Under the pieces are notes generated by a model that was not told where the DNA came from, searched no databases, and saw nothing but the letters and a program-made list of their open reading frames with translations. 64,000 nt of DNA from Zancudomyces culisetae HAW-14-8 (Eukaryota; Fungi; Kickxellomycota), in contig JBNJNM010000007.1 in NCBI GenBank assembly GCA_052426225.1, positions 930,001 through 994,000 on the forward strand, given 5' to 3'. Positions 1 through 11,452 of this stretch are shown piece by piece. Positions within the stretch are counted from its first letter, which is position 1, and each line of letters opens with the position of its first letter. A program made the translations under genes and the position numbers.

Positions 1-581
1 TTGTAGTAAGCGAAATACAAAAGAACCCGACCGTTTATACCGAAGTGGTATTGGGATCACCACCAGCCAAGTATTGCGAATGGATAACTCGGGCTACAAG
101 TTGGGGAGGAGCAATAGAGCTAAGTATTTTTAGCAGCTATTTCGAGATGGAGATGGTATCTATCGATATAAAGACTTTGCGAATGGATAGGTTTGGCGAG
201 GGTAAGCAGTACAAAAAACGGGCGTATGTGTTGTATAGCGGGATTCATTATGACACAATTGTGGTTGAGCCAATGAGCTCGGCCAAATTGATTCGTAAAC
301 AAGGCAGCAGTGTGGTGGGAGCCAATATTAGTGGATTTGGAGTAACTAGTAATACTATGGCATTGGCACAACAGAAAACAGTATTTGACATTACAGGAAT
401 AGACCGTGTTCATCAACTAGTTGCTGAATTGGCAAAGTTGATACAAAATGATTTTGGATATACAGATACGGCTGGGTTTAAAATACGATGTTCGATATGT
501 AACAAGATATTATACGGAGAGAAAGATGCCAATGCGCATATGAAGGAAAGTGGACACCACCAGTTTGAGGAAATTAAATGA
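1..581 (+). CDS. OTU1: OTU-family deubiquitinase Otu1/YOD1, 3' part (5' end outside window)
   Basis: Frame is open from the window start. It has WGGAIEL and YSGIHYD (OTU catalytic His region) and a C-terminal C2H2 finger CSIC...HMKESGH. Confidence 0.9.
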   Translation, partial: VVSEIQKNPTVYTEVVLGSPPAKYCEWITRATSWGGAIELSIFSSYFEMEMVSIDIKTLRMDRFGEGKQYKKRAYVLYSGIHYDTIVVEPMSSAKLIRKQGSSVVGANISGFGVTSNTMALAQQKTVFDITGIDRVHQLVAELAKLIQNDFGYTDTAGFKIRCSICNKILYGEKDANAHMKESGHHQFEEIK

Positions 582-1120
582 AGTAGTATAGGGTTATTGC
601 ATGAAGTTTGAATTGTTATTTTTTATAGTTTGTATCTTGGGAGGAGAGTGGACATTTTGAAAAACAATGGGATCACTTCATTTTTTTTTTGTAAAGTATG
701 AAATATGAATATACAAAAGTAAATACCAAAAATGAGATTTAGCGGGGTAACTAGAATATGAAAAAAGGATGGTATAAGAATAAAAAGATGTCGGATAGGA
801 TGACAGGGGGGATTCTTTTAGTATTTTTCATTTTTTTTGGTTACAGGAAAAGGCTGACAGTTCCAGATATATTGAAATTTGGTACTAAAATACTAGAAAA
901 TACCAAAAAATGAAATGAAATAATATAAAATAGTGAGAAATAAAGTAACATTGAAATATAACAGCCAATATCACAAAGATTACAAAATATTGAAAAGTCT
1001 AAAAGCAAGTTCATCAAAATAAATAGAATAAGGCTATTTTTTTTTTCTTTTCGTTTTTTTTTAAAAAAAGGAGCAAAGACCAACATTTCTCAAATACAAG
1101 GACAAATAAAGTAAAATAAA

Positions 1121-2334
1121 ATGTCAACGGATCCGTTCATTATAGTAAAAGAGTAAGCCAAACAAAGTACAAATTTACCTATTAACAATGTCGATATATA
1201 TATATATATATATATTTGCATTTTGACACTGGAAAAGAATGAAAAATATATAAAGAGCAAATGAATGTGAATTAATGAAAAGTGTTGCAAAAAAAAAATA
1301 AAGGGATGTGGAACAAGCGATGGAGCAGGCAGGGGAAATCATGGCGCAGTGGGAAAAGAAACGGCGGGCAAGGGGTAGCCAAGGAGTTCAGCAGTTGGGG
1401 AGTGAATTGGTATATTTAAAGGAAGAATTTAGTCAAATATATGATTCGGTTAAACAAGACTTGATAGATTTACAAAGTACAATAGATAAGTATCTATTCT
1501 TGGTTACCCTAATATTTTAATAATGTATATTCAAGTGAGTGAGAGTGAGAGTGAAACTTTGAACTGGGGTTTGGGAATTGGTAATATAAAAAGTTGGATA
1601 TTTAAAATACAGGTGGCAAAGAAACAGCCGGAAAAGTATGGATTGAATAAACAGAGCTTAAAGCAGAGAGAAAAGTTTGTATCAGGAACTAGGGATAAGC
1701 TAGAGGTAAGAAAAGAAAAGAAAAGAAAAGAAAAGAAACATGAAAAAAGCTAGATTGAAAAAATATATATGAGGATTGTATATAGGATGTAGGAGAGGAG
1801 TAAATATACTTTTGGATATTTTAAATATTATTAGAGCTATATGGAGAGAATGCGGATATTTGATGACAAGAGTCAGGTAAATAAACAACTAGTATGCTAA
1901 TAATAATAATTATACAAAGGTTGGTGAATATAAAATAAAATACGTTGAAAAAAAATAAATAGAGGATAGAAATACAAAGTCAAGATACAAGAGAGAGCAT
2001 TACACGATATGGGTACAATAACGAAAACGGCGACCAAGTAGGGGTGATGCAACATCAGTTAATAATGGAGCAGCAAGACCAACAGTTGGATTCGGTGATG
2101 GGGACGGTGCGTAATTTACGGGGGATTGCACAGGTGATGAATGTAGAGCTGGGGGATCACAATGAGTTGTTGGGGGAGATGGATGGGTTGGTGGATAATG
2201 CGCAGGAGCGGATTCGTCGGGCGAGGAGTAAAGTAGGGGAGTTTTTGAATCGGAGTTCGGAAAACCATCCGCTAAAGATGATTGGAATACTTTTGGTATT
2301 GATTATAGTGTTGATCATGTTGATTCTTGTTTAG
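1121..2334 (+). CDS. TLG1: Qc-SNARE syntaxin-6/Tlg1, spliced: ~1121-1152, 1304-1485, 1611-1705, 1835-1876, 1963-2334
   Basis: N-terminus MSTDPFIIVKE, Habc helices, SNARE motif (EQQDQQLDSVMGTVRNLR...ELGDHNELL) and C-terminal TM. Introns 1, 3 and 4 are GT-AG and keep frame. Intron 2 is best explained as AT-AC (see findings). Confidence 0.85.
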
Positions 2335-2591
2335 ATTATTTTATATTTTATTTTGTTTAAAAAGAATGGTAGAGAAATGGAGAGAAAAAAAAAGAAAAAA
2401 AAGAAAAAAAAGAAAAAGAGTAGAAACAAACGATACTTTTTTTTCTTTGTTGTAGTGTAATTTTTGGATTTAGTTATTATCAAAAGGAATAATATACAAA
2501 TAAACAAGTTGATGAATATAAACAGATCAAGATAAAAGTGAATAAAGGATAAAGAATAAAGGATAAATGATAAATGGTATTGATGTTGGTA

Positions 2592-3820
2592 TTAAAAATC
2601 GATTTTAGATTTATGGAGTTGAAAAGAGGGAGTTAACCAAGACCCACAGCTGCATCTACAACCAGCCCAACTGAACTGACCAAGTTTAAAGGAACAGTGG
2701 GGACAGAGTAATTTTCCAGAAGTTTCGGAGGATAAAGGTAGCCAGGAAGGAGGTTGATCAAGAATGATACTGGTGCAAGAGGATGAAGGTTTTGGATGGG
2801 GTGGGTGGATTGAGAGATTTGGGATTTTAGGATTTGGATATGATAGAATCAATTTTCTACAAGACTTGCAACGTAATCTACAAATCATTTGCTGTTCTTG
2901 TTGTTGTTGCTGTTGCTGCTGATGTTGCTGCTGATGTTGCTGCTGTTGTTGTTGATCTTTTTGTTGTGATAAAGGTGCTAGAGATAGTGAAAGTAAATGT
3001 GAAGTGAAATACTCTGGAGTCTTTTCCAACAAGGCAATATAATTAAGATACATTTGATTAGAGTTGATATTTGTTGATGATACACCCATTTTATAAAACA
3101 AATCAAGTTGGTAAATAAACCCATCGTTTGGCATTGGCATAGATACTGATACTGGCAATGGTGCTGATATGTCTGTAGTTGTAGTTGTAGTTGTGTTTGG
3201 TTCGAGATTATTGGACTTCAACAAACAAGAATATGCTGCTTGAGGTGAACAATTGTGGGTACGCATGTAGTGAGCCAAGGCTATTGTAACAGATCTGCTA
3301 GTTCCAGCAACACAATGAATCAATACATTTCCATTTCCATTTCCATTTCCATTTTCATTTTGAGTTGGAGTTGGAGTTTGTTGGTTTATAAACAAACTAG
3401 CAGGTTCAAAGTATTGTAATATATCGCTTGTAGGTAAATCGTCGACATTAAGAACTAGATACTCGAATTCCTAATATTAACATTGACAAAAGTATTTATA
3501 TATTGTTTTACAATTTTAAAAGTGTATCTTTTGATTAAACTAAAATAAAAGATAGGCAAGACTTTACAGTTGGAAAAGATGGAGTAAAACCATTGATAAC
3601 TGAAATTATTCGTTTGATATTGTGTTCAAGTAACCAGGTACGATCAGCTTCATGGTTGATACTATTTTTTATTTATTATTTATTTATTTTAGTTTGTGAT
3701 TTAAAAAAATAAAATAAAAAAGTTTTTGGGGGGGAAAAGGGAGGGGGGGGTATTATATTGAATATTTCAATTGTGTACTTACGTTCCTATATAAATACCA
3801 TCTAGTTTTAAGCAACTCAT
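2592..3820 (-). CDS. YVH1: Dual-specificity phosphatase Yvh1/DUSP12, exons ~3820-3783, 3661-3568, 3470-2592
   Basis: PTP loop HCVAGTSRS, VDD acid loop, and C-terminal Zn domain CKSCR...CPHC...WAGCRCSCGSW. Two GT-AG introns restore frame from the ATG at 3820. Confidence 0.9.
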
Positions 3821-4034
3821 TTTATTAAACACTTTTAATATTAATGATTGTATATAATATATTATATATATATTTTAATATATGTGTAAATATTTATTTA
3901 GTATAATAGATCAAAGTAATATAATAAAATGTAAAAATAAGAGAATATTTAAAAAAGTAAAAAAATTTTTTTTTATAACTGAAAAAGAGAAAAGAGAAAA
4001 GAGAAAAGAGAAAAGTGAAATAGATGATTGATAA

Positions 4035-5990
4035 TTAATGTAATTTAATGATTTTACCAATGGCAATAGTTTTACCTTCATCACGAAGAGTAAAACGACC
4101 AAGTTGAGGATAATCCTTGAAACGTTCAACACAAATAACACCAGTAGAATTAGCACTAGTAGAGTTGGAAGAAGGAGCAGAAGAAGGAGCAGAAGCAGAG
4201 GTAGAGGTAGAATTGGAAATAAAAGCATCAGCATTGGCACTACTGGTAAGAGTGGCAATACAAGACTGACCACGCTTGACAAAGGTAGGAGGAACCCTGG
4301 ATTTTTTATTAGGGTTTTTCTTGTCGAGCAAGTGCAAAAAGCGGACAATGGAGACTTCTTCGACTAGGTTATGAACGTGGAGGACAGAAGTATAGCCGGG
4401 AGCAATGATGTTTTTGGCATCGAGAATAAAGAGCTGGGCATCGAAATGAACAGCAGTACTACAAGGGTTCTTGGGATCAGACAAAACATTGCCCAAGCTA
4501 ATGTCTTCTTCTTCAACGCCACGCAGACGAATACGAACATTGTCACCACAAATGGCAGACTCAATCTCACCGTCGTCTTCGCCAAAGATTGCAGACACTT
4601 CACAGTTGCGTTTGTTGGGCATAATTACCAGTTTCTGGCCAATCTTGACAAATCCAGACTCGATTTTGCCGCCAACCACTGTTCCCATATCCTTAAACTT
4701 GTCGGAAATCGGCATGCGCAATGGAGCATTGACTTTACGGTCAACTGCAGTCAGTCCATCAAGAACCTCGAGAAGAGAAGGTCCAGAATACCACGGAGCA
4801 ACACCTGCAGCTAGGCGGTCCTTAACGTTTGCGCCTGTGTATCCAGAGACAGGAAGGAAGATCAAATCGGTTTTGGGATTGTAGCCAGCTGTCCTGAGGA
4901 ACGGTGTCAGCTTGGCTAGAATATCAGCATACCGACCTTGGTCCCATTGGACAGTAGGATCGTCCATCTTGTTTATAACAACAATCAGCTGTCGCACTCC
5001 ACTAGTCTTTGCCAAAATAGCATGCTCTCGTGTCTGGCCGCCTCTATCAAACCCGGTTTCAAACTCTCCTCGTCGCGCACTAATCACCAACACTCCTACA
5101 TCGGCCTGTGCCGCTCCTCCCAACATACTTGGCACAAAGTTCTTGTGGCCTGGTGCATCTAGTATCGTATATCGTCGCTTTTCTGTTTCAAAGAATGCTC
5201 GCCCACATTCCACCGTCTTTCCCTTGGCTCGCTCTTCGGAATTTGTATCCAGTGCCCAACTGAGGTACCAGCTTTCTCTTCCTGCATCCTTGGCTTCTCG
5301 CTCGTACTTTTCCATTGTTCGCTTGTCTACCATTCCCGTCAAAAACAATATGTTTCCTCCCAATGTCGACTTTCCTGCATCTACGTGTCCAATAAAGATT
5401 ACATTGAAATGCTCCTTGAAATGCGCATTTAGTAGCTGCTCTTCCTCTTCTGTACTAAGTTGTGGTGTTTCCGGTACCACTACTGCTGCCGAAGTTGAAG
5501 CTGGTGCTGGTGCTGGAGTTGGAGCTGATGCTGCAGGTGGTGTACTTGTAGTTGCTGGTGCTGGTGCTGCTGCTGCTGCTTTTGGTGCTGGCACTGCTGT
5601 TACAGTTGGTGTTGGTACTACTTTTGGTTCCACAGTTGCAGTTGCAGTTGCAGCTTCATTTGGATTTGAATTTGAATTTGCATCAGAAGCTGTGTTAGGA
5701 GCTGTAGATGGTTTAATTGATAATGATATAGATACTGGTTGTGTAGTTGCTGGTGGTGGTGGAGGTGGTGGGGGTTGGGTTTTGTTTATAGTTGCTCCTA
5801 CTCCAAACCCTCGAGGAACAAAGGCTGGTGCTTGTGATCTTAATCCAATTGGTTTAAATTCGGAAGCTTTTGGATTGAGTCGTAGTTTTTGGTCCAGTTT
5901 TTTATCCAATTGTTCCAATCCTCCTCCCTTTTTGCCACTATCTAGGGCCATTTCATCTATAAATTTACTTGTCTTTTTGCTTGGATCCAT
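4035..5990 (-). CDS. SUP35: Translation release factor eRF3 (Sup35/GSPT)
   Basis: GHVDAGKST, SWYLSWALD, DAPGH, NKMD motifs and C-terminal PQLGRFTLRDEGKTIAIGK. Intronless. Confidence 0.97.
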   Translation of the reverse strand: MDPSKKTSKFIDEMALDSGKKGGGLEQLDKKLDQKLRLNPKASEFKPIGLRSQAPAFVPRGFGVGATINKTQPPPPPPPPATTQPVSISLSIKPSTAPNTASDANSNSNPNEAATATATVEPKVVPTPTVTAVPAPKAAAAAPAPATTSTPPAASAPTPAPAPASTSAAVVVPETPQLSTEEEEQLLNAHFKEHFNVIFIGHVDAGKSTLGGNILFLTGMVDKRTMEKYEREAKDAGRESWYLSWALDTNSEERAKGKTVECGRAFFETEKRRYTILDAPGHKNFVPSMLGGAAQADVGVLVISARRGEFETGFDRGGQTREHAILAKTSGVRQLIVVINKMDDPTVQWDQGRYADILAKLTPFLRTAGYNPKTDLIFLPVSGYTGANVKDRLAAGVAPWYSGPSLLEVLDGLTAVDRKVNAPLRMPISDKFKDMGTVVGGKIESGFVKIGQKLVIMPNKRNCEVSAIFGEDDGEIESAICGDNVRIRLRGVEEEDISLGNVLSDPKNPCSTAVHFDAQLFILDAKNIIAPGYTSVLHVHNLVEEVSIVRFLHLLDKKNPNKKSRVPPTFVKRGQSCIATLTSSANADAFISNSTSTSASAPSSAPSSNSTSANSTGVICVERFKDYPQLGRFTLRDEGKTIAIGKIIKLH

Positions 5991-6285
5991 TCTCTTGTCC
6001 TTTTTTTTTCCCTTTCTTTCTTTCTTTCTTTCTCCCCTTTATAGTTGTATTTTATTTATTACGTATAGTATAAGTGATACAACTACAACTACAAAACATC
6101 CAAGTAAAGAAAAAAAAATTTTTTTTTTATATTTGTTTATTTATTTTTGGCCCCATTTTTATCATGTTTGACCCAAAAATAAATACATAAATACATAAAT
6201 ACATACATTAAATTAAATTAATTATACTCTCTCTTTAAACATTTTCGTTTATATATTCATTTTCATTTACTCTCCATCACCCCAC

Positions 6286-6309
6286 CCCTAACCCTAACCC
6301 TAACCCTAA
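6286..6309 (+). repeat. (CCCTAA)4 telomere-type repeat between SPC98 and SUP35
   Basis: Four tandem CCCTAA units read directly from the sequence. Confidence 0.85.
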
Positions 6310-6428
6310 TCCAACCCCACTCCACTCCTCACCTTCAAGATCCGGCGTCGTTGTTTTTCTCTCTTGATGACTAGAAAGGTTGTTTTGTTTATTTGTTTTA
6401 TTAAAATAAGAGTTACTAGATAATACTA

Positions 6429-9155
6429 CTAAAAATTCTGGGTATAAAACTGATTCAAATCAAATGAAAGTGCCAAACTCTTTAAAAAATACAACCCTCC
6501 TCCTCCTCCTCCTCCCCCATTACCATTACCATTACTATTACTACCATCATTATTATCATATCCTCCGCTAAACATATTCAACATTAGTTGTACATTTGTT
6601 TTAAATGTATTAATAATTCTCTTTATATTTTCTGGATCCGTTACGCTTGGTGATAATAAAATTGTGGTAAACTGGGATATGCATTCCAATAAATCGTCTA
6701 TAAACACCATATTCCTAGTATTTATACCCTTTGATGGTTCTACCATTCGATCACCACCACCACCACCACCACTACTACTACCACTACTTGTAGTTGAATG
6801 TCCTTTGAGTAATAACAACATGAATTTTCTAATCTCAGAAATATACGAATCATGAAAAGTTATCCACAAGTCCAAATCCAAATCTGGATTAATCTTCATA
6901 TTTGTCTTTCCAGGTATACTTGTATTTATATTTATATTTGCACTTGCATTAACATTTGTATTAGCATTTGTGTTTGAATCATCAGTCAATTCACAATCTT
7001 GTTGTTGTTGTTGTTGTTGTTGTTGCTGGTTAAAATTAATATTATCATTACAAACAAGACTAGTATTTGATATTATGGTCGAATGATCATAAACTTTATG
7101 TAAAAACTTTCGGTAAGCTCCTTCAATAAGATTCATATAAACATACCTTTCCAATTGCAAAACAAAATGCAACATTTCACCACAAGCTAATCTAATCTGT
7201 TTCATATCCCCAGCCGAGTAGCGATTTTCAGAATTAGCTTTACGATTAGCTATTCCCACCAAATTAAGTTGCCAAAGTTGTAGTAAACTATACTCTGACT
7301 TTTTCAATCTCAACAAAAATGTAGTCAATTCGTTATATTTAAGAATAGTTGATTGTGGTATCACAAACGATAGTGGTTCGTCAATATGATATGTCAGTGG
7401 AAATGATAGTGACGAAGAATCAGCCCGCAAACGTACTGATATACGATCAGTAAATATTGGATTATCATATAATGCGTTGGAAGACCGAATAGCTGCCTCA
7501 ACTGCCGTCATAATATTATGATGAAACAATGTAGATGAAGAATAAGACGATGATGATGAGGAAGAAGAAGAAGGTTGAGAGTCTAAAAACTCTACCAATC
7601 TCAATACAAAATCACCTTGTTCCATCAACAAATACCGTTTCATTGCGGCAATATGATCCATCAACTTGTGTCGTGTAATCATTACATGCATCAGTCTCGC
7701 ACTAGCTGTTCGATACGCCACCTCTACTACTTCCTTGAATTGCTCCGGGCTCGTCAAATCCGCAAACAAATCTGCCGCATTGGCCGCCTCATTCTCCGCA
7801 ACCCACTGCGTATCCTTACACGCTTCCCGAAGAAAACTCAACGACTTGCCAATAATAAATATCTTGCGCGTCAAATCACTCGTTATGTATACTGGAATCT
7901 TCCGCACTTCGATTTGGTACCGACTAAACCACAACTCTTCTGTATCTATCTCGCCCCCATCATCCCGCACAAAAAACTCGCAGTATGGATCGTCCAGCTC
8001 TCCTGCCACCACCCATTGTCTGAGAATCGCATTGTATGGCCTCGCCGCTTGTGCCAACAACGTCTGTGCCACTTGTCGAACTATTGGCGACCCATTCAAC
8101 GTAAACGCGTATATCTTTGATAACATCATTCCTCCTTCTTGCTCCCCTCCTGCTTCTCCTTCTTCCCCAATTGCATCCAAAATCGATCCTATAATCCTCA
8201 ACCGTCTCATTGCATCCTGCAACTCTACATATAACCGTCTCAATGTCAATCCTCGCAAACTTTGTCCTGGCACTTCATCCCTTGCTGTTTCCGCTTGTCG
8301 CAGCTCCAGCCGTGCTGCCAATTCACTTACTTGTTTCAACTCTTCTGCTAAGCCCAGGCTAAAGCTTTGTTGTACAAATCCTGGATTTCGTGTATCAATA
8401 TATCCTGATATCTTGTGTACAAGTTCTCCTACTTCCAATAACCGATCCAGCAAATGTAGTGTGGGTTTACATACTTCGACTTGATTATCCACTATATAGC
8501 TGTTTGTGTCCTTATCCCATCGAATATATTTACCATCTACTCCCTGTGCAATAAACAACACTTCACGAATCAATTCTCGTTCATTTATCAAGTCGAATTT
8601 AGGAAGTCTTTCATATAAATATACATCTCTTTGATAATTCTGTCCTCTATTACCACCATCATACCCGTTATTGTTGCTATTGTTGTAAATATTATCGTTG
8701 TTGTGGTGATTATTTTGTTGTCCAAGTTGGTACAAAACCTGTAATACATTTCCATATTCACCAGCCGGATCAAGCTGTTCAAGCCGTTCAACATTTCTTT
8801 TAAATCTCAACGCCTTACTACCAGCACTACTAAGTGGAGTGGGATTGTTTCCATCTGTCAGTATATCCTGCCTAGTTAAACTTTTGAAAATATCCTGAAT
8901 AACTCTGTTGTTATTACTACCACCGTATTTATCTGATCCGAAAAGAACACCATTACTAGTACTAGTACTAGTAATATTACTATTACCAATGTTATTGCTA
9001 TTGCTATTGTTATTGTTATTGTTGGACAAGATATGTGTGCAGTGGTTGACCAGTCTGTCTACCCTTTGTTGGTTTTGGGAACCCACAGTTTCTTGGACTA
9101 GCGCTCGTATGTTTTCCTGTACGCTACTTGGTGTATTTCCATACTGTGTATTCAT
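6429..9155 (-). CDS. SPC98: Gamma-tubulin complex component 3 (GCP3/Spc98)
   Basis: ELIREVLFIAQGVDGKYI, LTLRRL, GELDDPYCEFFV, KIFIIGKSLSFLR and AMKRYLLMEQGDF are GRIP1/GRIP2 motifs. The ATG at 9155 is preferred over the TTG at 9215. Confidence 0.9.
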   Translation of the reverse strand: MNTQYGNTPSSVQENIRALVQETVGSQNQQRVDRLVNHCTHILSNNNNNNSNSNNIGNSNITSTSTSNGVLFGSDKYGGSNNNRVIQDIFKSLTRQDILTDGNNPTPLSSAGSKALRFKRNVERLEQLDPAGEYGNVLQVLYQLGQQNNHHNNDNIYNNSNNNGYDGGNRGQNYQRDVYLYERLPKFDLINERELIREVLFIAQGVDGKYIRWDKDTNSYIVDNQVEVCKPTLHLLDRLLEVGELVHKISGYIDTRNPGFVQQSFSLGLAEELKQVSELAARLELRQAETARDEVPGQSLRGLTLRRLYVELQDAMRRLRIIGSILDAIGEEGEAGGEQEGGMMLSKIYAFTLNGSPIVRQVAQTLLAQAARPYNAILRQWVVAGELDDPYCEFFVRDDGGEIDTEELWFSRYQIEVRKIPVYITSDLTRKIFIIGKSLSFLREACKDTQWVAENEAANAADLFADLTSPEQFKEVVEVAYRTASARLMHVMITRHKLMDHIAAMKRYLLMEQGDFVLRLVEFLDSQPSSSSSSSSSYSSSTLFHHNIMTAVEAAIRSSNALYDNPIFTDRISVRLRADSSSLSFPLTYHIDEPLSFVIPQSTILKYNELTTFLLRLKKSEYSLLQLWQLNLVGIANRKANSENRYSAGDMKQIRLACGEMLHFVLQLERYVYMNLIEGAYRKFLHKVYDHSTIISNTSLVCNDNINFNQQQQQQQQQQDCELTDDSNTNANTNVNASANININTSIPGKTNMKINPDLDLDLWITFHDSYISEIRKFMLLLLKGHSTTSSGSSSGGGGGGDRMVEPSKGINTRNMVFIDDLLECISQFTTILLSPSVTDPENIKRIINTFKTNVQLMLNMFSGGYDNNDGSNSNGNGNGGGGGGGGLYFLKSLALSFDLNQFYTQNF

Positions 9156-9725
9156 CTTGGAAAAACAAACTATACAAAACCAAATTGGTAATATATTTGG
9201 AAAATAAACAACCAAAATGTTGTTGCTAAATACGAGTTTTATTTATTTATTGTTTTATTTTATTTTTTGGAGAGTCAAGTGGAGTGAAAAGAACTTGCGG
9301 AGAATTTGTTTGGAGGGGAGCGGGGGCGGGTTAGGGTCAAAAGTGAGAGTGAGAAAGAAAGTGAAAGAGTGAGAGTGAGAGTGTGCGTGTTTATGAAAAT
9401 CAATTGATTTATTAATTTTTTTTTTGTTTATTTTACTAGTTGAATCTAAATATGGAAGGTTGGGATGGAAAAAAAAAAATATATCAAAAACCAAACAAAA
9501 AAGAGCGCTTGTAAAATTTTTTTTTTTCTCAACTACAAATTCCTCTTTCCCCTTTGCTCAATCCACCCACTTTCTCTCCTCTCCCACCCTTCACCACCCA
9601 CATCCCACATCATTTCCTTTTCTTTACTTTTACTTTTACCACCCTCTGACCAAAAATAAATATAAAAAATACACATATTACAATATTTGTATTTCAAAAT
9701 AAATAAATAAATAAATATCAAGAAA

Positions 9726-11351
9726 ATGACATCGATATTTCAGCAGGGAGCAACCGAGGAAAAAGCGGAAAATGCACGCTTGACAAACATAGTAGGAGCG
9801 ATAGCAGTAGGAGATTTGGTCAAAAGCACGCTGGGACCCAAGGGGATGGACAAGATTCTGCAGTCAATGAGTGGGAATGGCGATATGCTGGTGACAAATG
9901 ATGGAGCAACGATTCTAAAATCAATCGCACTAGACAATGCGGCGGCAAAGGTACTGGTTAATCTGAGTAAAGTACAGGATGATGAGGTAGGAGATGGTAC
10001 AACCAGTGTTACAGTTCTGGCAGCAGAGTTGTTGCGAGAGGCCGAAAAGCTGTTGACGATTAGCAGATTGCATCCACAAGTGGTGGTAGAGGGTTACCGA
10101 ATGGCAGCAGCCGAGGCACGCAAGATGTTGGAAACACAGCTGAGCCGGGACAATAGCCGAGATTCGGAACAGTACAAAAAAGATCTACTCAACATAGCGC
10201 GAACAACACTTAGCAGCAAGATAGTGAGTAGTAGCCGAGACTACTTTGCGCAAATGTGTGTGGATGCAGTACTGCGGCTGAACGGCACCACAGGTTTGGA
10301 GAGTATCCAAATCATCAAGCAGTTGGGAGGCAAGTTGTCGGATTCGTATATGGATGATGGGTTTATTCTGAACAAGCGAGTGGGAGTGAACCAGCCAAAA
10401 CATATAGAAAAGGCCAAGATTTTGGTGGCAAACACGGCGATGGATACAGACAAGATCAAGGTGTATGGAGCCAAGATCAAGGTGAACGATCCCAAAAAAC
10501 TAGCCGAGTTGGAGCGGGCCGAACGAGACAAGATGAGAGCCAAGGTGGAAAAGATTGCAGCGTTGGGGATCAATGTGTTTATTAACCGACAGTTGATCTA
10601 CAACTGGCCAGAACAGTTATTTGCCGACAAAGGGATTATGGCGATTGAGCATGCCGATTTCGAAGGAATTGAGCGGTTGAGTCTGGTTACTGGTGGAGAA
10701 ATTGCATCAACGTTTGATGACCCTTCGCTTGTTGTATTGGGAGAGTGTGATTTGGTTCATGAAGTCGATGTAGGCTCCGAGAAAATGCTGCGATTTGCAG
10801 GTCTGCGTCGTCTATCCCACAACGCTTCATCTATAGTTCTTCGTGGTGCCACCCACCAAATCCTCGACGAGGCTGAACGGTCTATCCATGACGCACTTGC
10901 TGTTCTCAGCCAGACTGTCGCTTCTGATCCTCGTATTGTTTATGGTGGTGGATTTTCTGAAGTCGCTATGAGTATTGCTGTTGATCGTTTGGCTGCTACT
11001 GTCCCCGACAAACGCGCTCTTGCCATCGAAGCCTTTGCCACTGCTCTAAGACAACTGCCTGCCATTTTGTGTGATAATGCTGGGCTGGACAGTGCCGATT
11101 TGGTTATGAAGCTACGTGCTGCTCACGAATCCATTCTTTCTTCTTCTACTCTTACTACTAACAATTATCTTGACTATTTCCCTGCTCTTGATTTGCAGAA
11201 CGGTTGTATTGTCAATGCTGCTGAACTTGGAATTACTGAAAGTTTCAAACTCAAAAAACAAGTCGTTTTGAGCGCTTCTGAAGCTGCTGAAATGATCTTG
11301 CGTGTTGATGATATTATCAGAGCTGCTCCACGACAACGTAGAGATTATTAA
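9726..11351 (+). CDS. CCT2: T-complex protein 1 subunit beta (CCT/TRiC)
   Basis: [49 protein letters not shown] and [11 protein letters not shown]. Confidence 0.97.
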   Translation: MTSIFQQGATEEKAENARLTNIVGAIAVGDLVKSTLGPKGMDKILQSMSGNGDMLVTNDGATILKSIALDNAAAKVLVNLSKVQDDEVGDGTTSVTVLAAELLREAEKLLTISRLHPQVVVEGYRMAAAEARKMLETQLSRDNSRDSEQYKKDLLNIARTTLSSKIVSSSRDYFAQMCVDAVLRLNGTTGLESIQIIKQLGGKLSDSYMDDGFILNKRVGVNQPKHIEKAKILVANTAMDTDKIKVYGAKIKVNDPKKLAELERAERDKMRAKVEKIAALGINVFINRQLIYNWPEQLFADKGIMAIEHADFEGIERLSLVTGGEIASTFDDPSLVVLGECDLVHEVDVGSEKMLRFAGLRRLSHNASSIVLRGATHQILDEAERSIHDALAVLSQTVASDPRIVYGGGFSEVAMSIAVDRLAATVPDKRALAIEAFATALRQLPAILCDNAGLDSADLVMKLRAAHESILSSSTLTTNNYLDYFPALDLQNGCIVNAAELGITESFKLKKQVVLSASEAAEMILRVDDIIRAAPRQRRDY

Positions 11352-11452
11352 TTCTTTTGTTTATTTATTCACTTTATATATTATAATTATTCAACTCTAA
11401 AAAAAAAAATAAATAAATAAATTCATTATATATATATTATATGTTATATATA

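Noticed and set aside
841-1290. Short F/L/I-rich ORFs in intergenic and intronic DNA (also 9255-9721, 13723-14565, 18030-19172)
   Set aside because: They are translations of A/T homopolymer-rich noncoding sequence.
4912-6171. 419-aa antisense ORF over SUP35, and similar shadow ORFs over SPC98, zuotin, MRE11 and the ankyrin genes
   Set aside because: These are antisense or alternate-frame shadows of real CDS with low-complexity codon usage and have no protein-like motifs.
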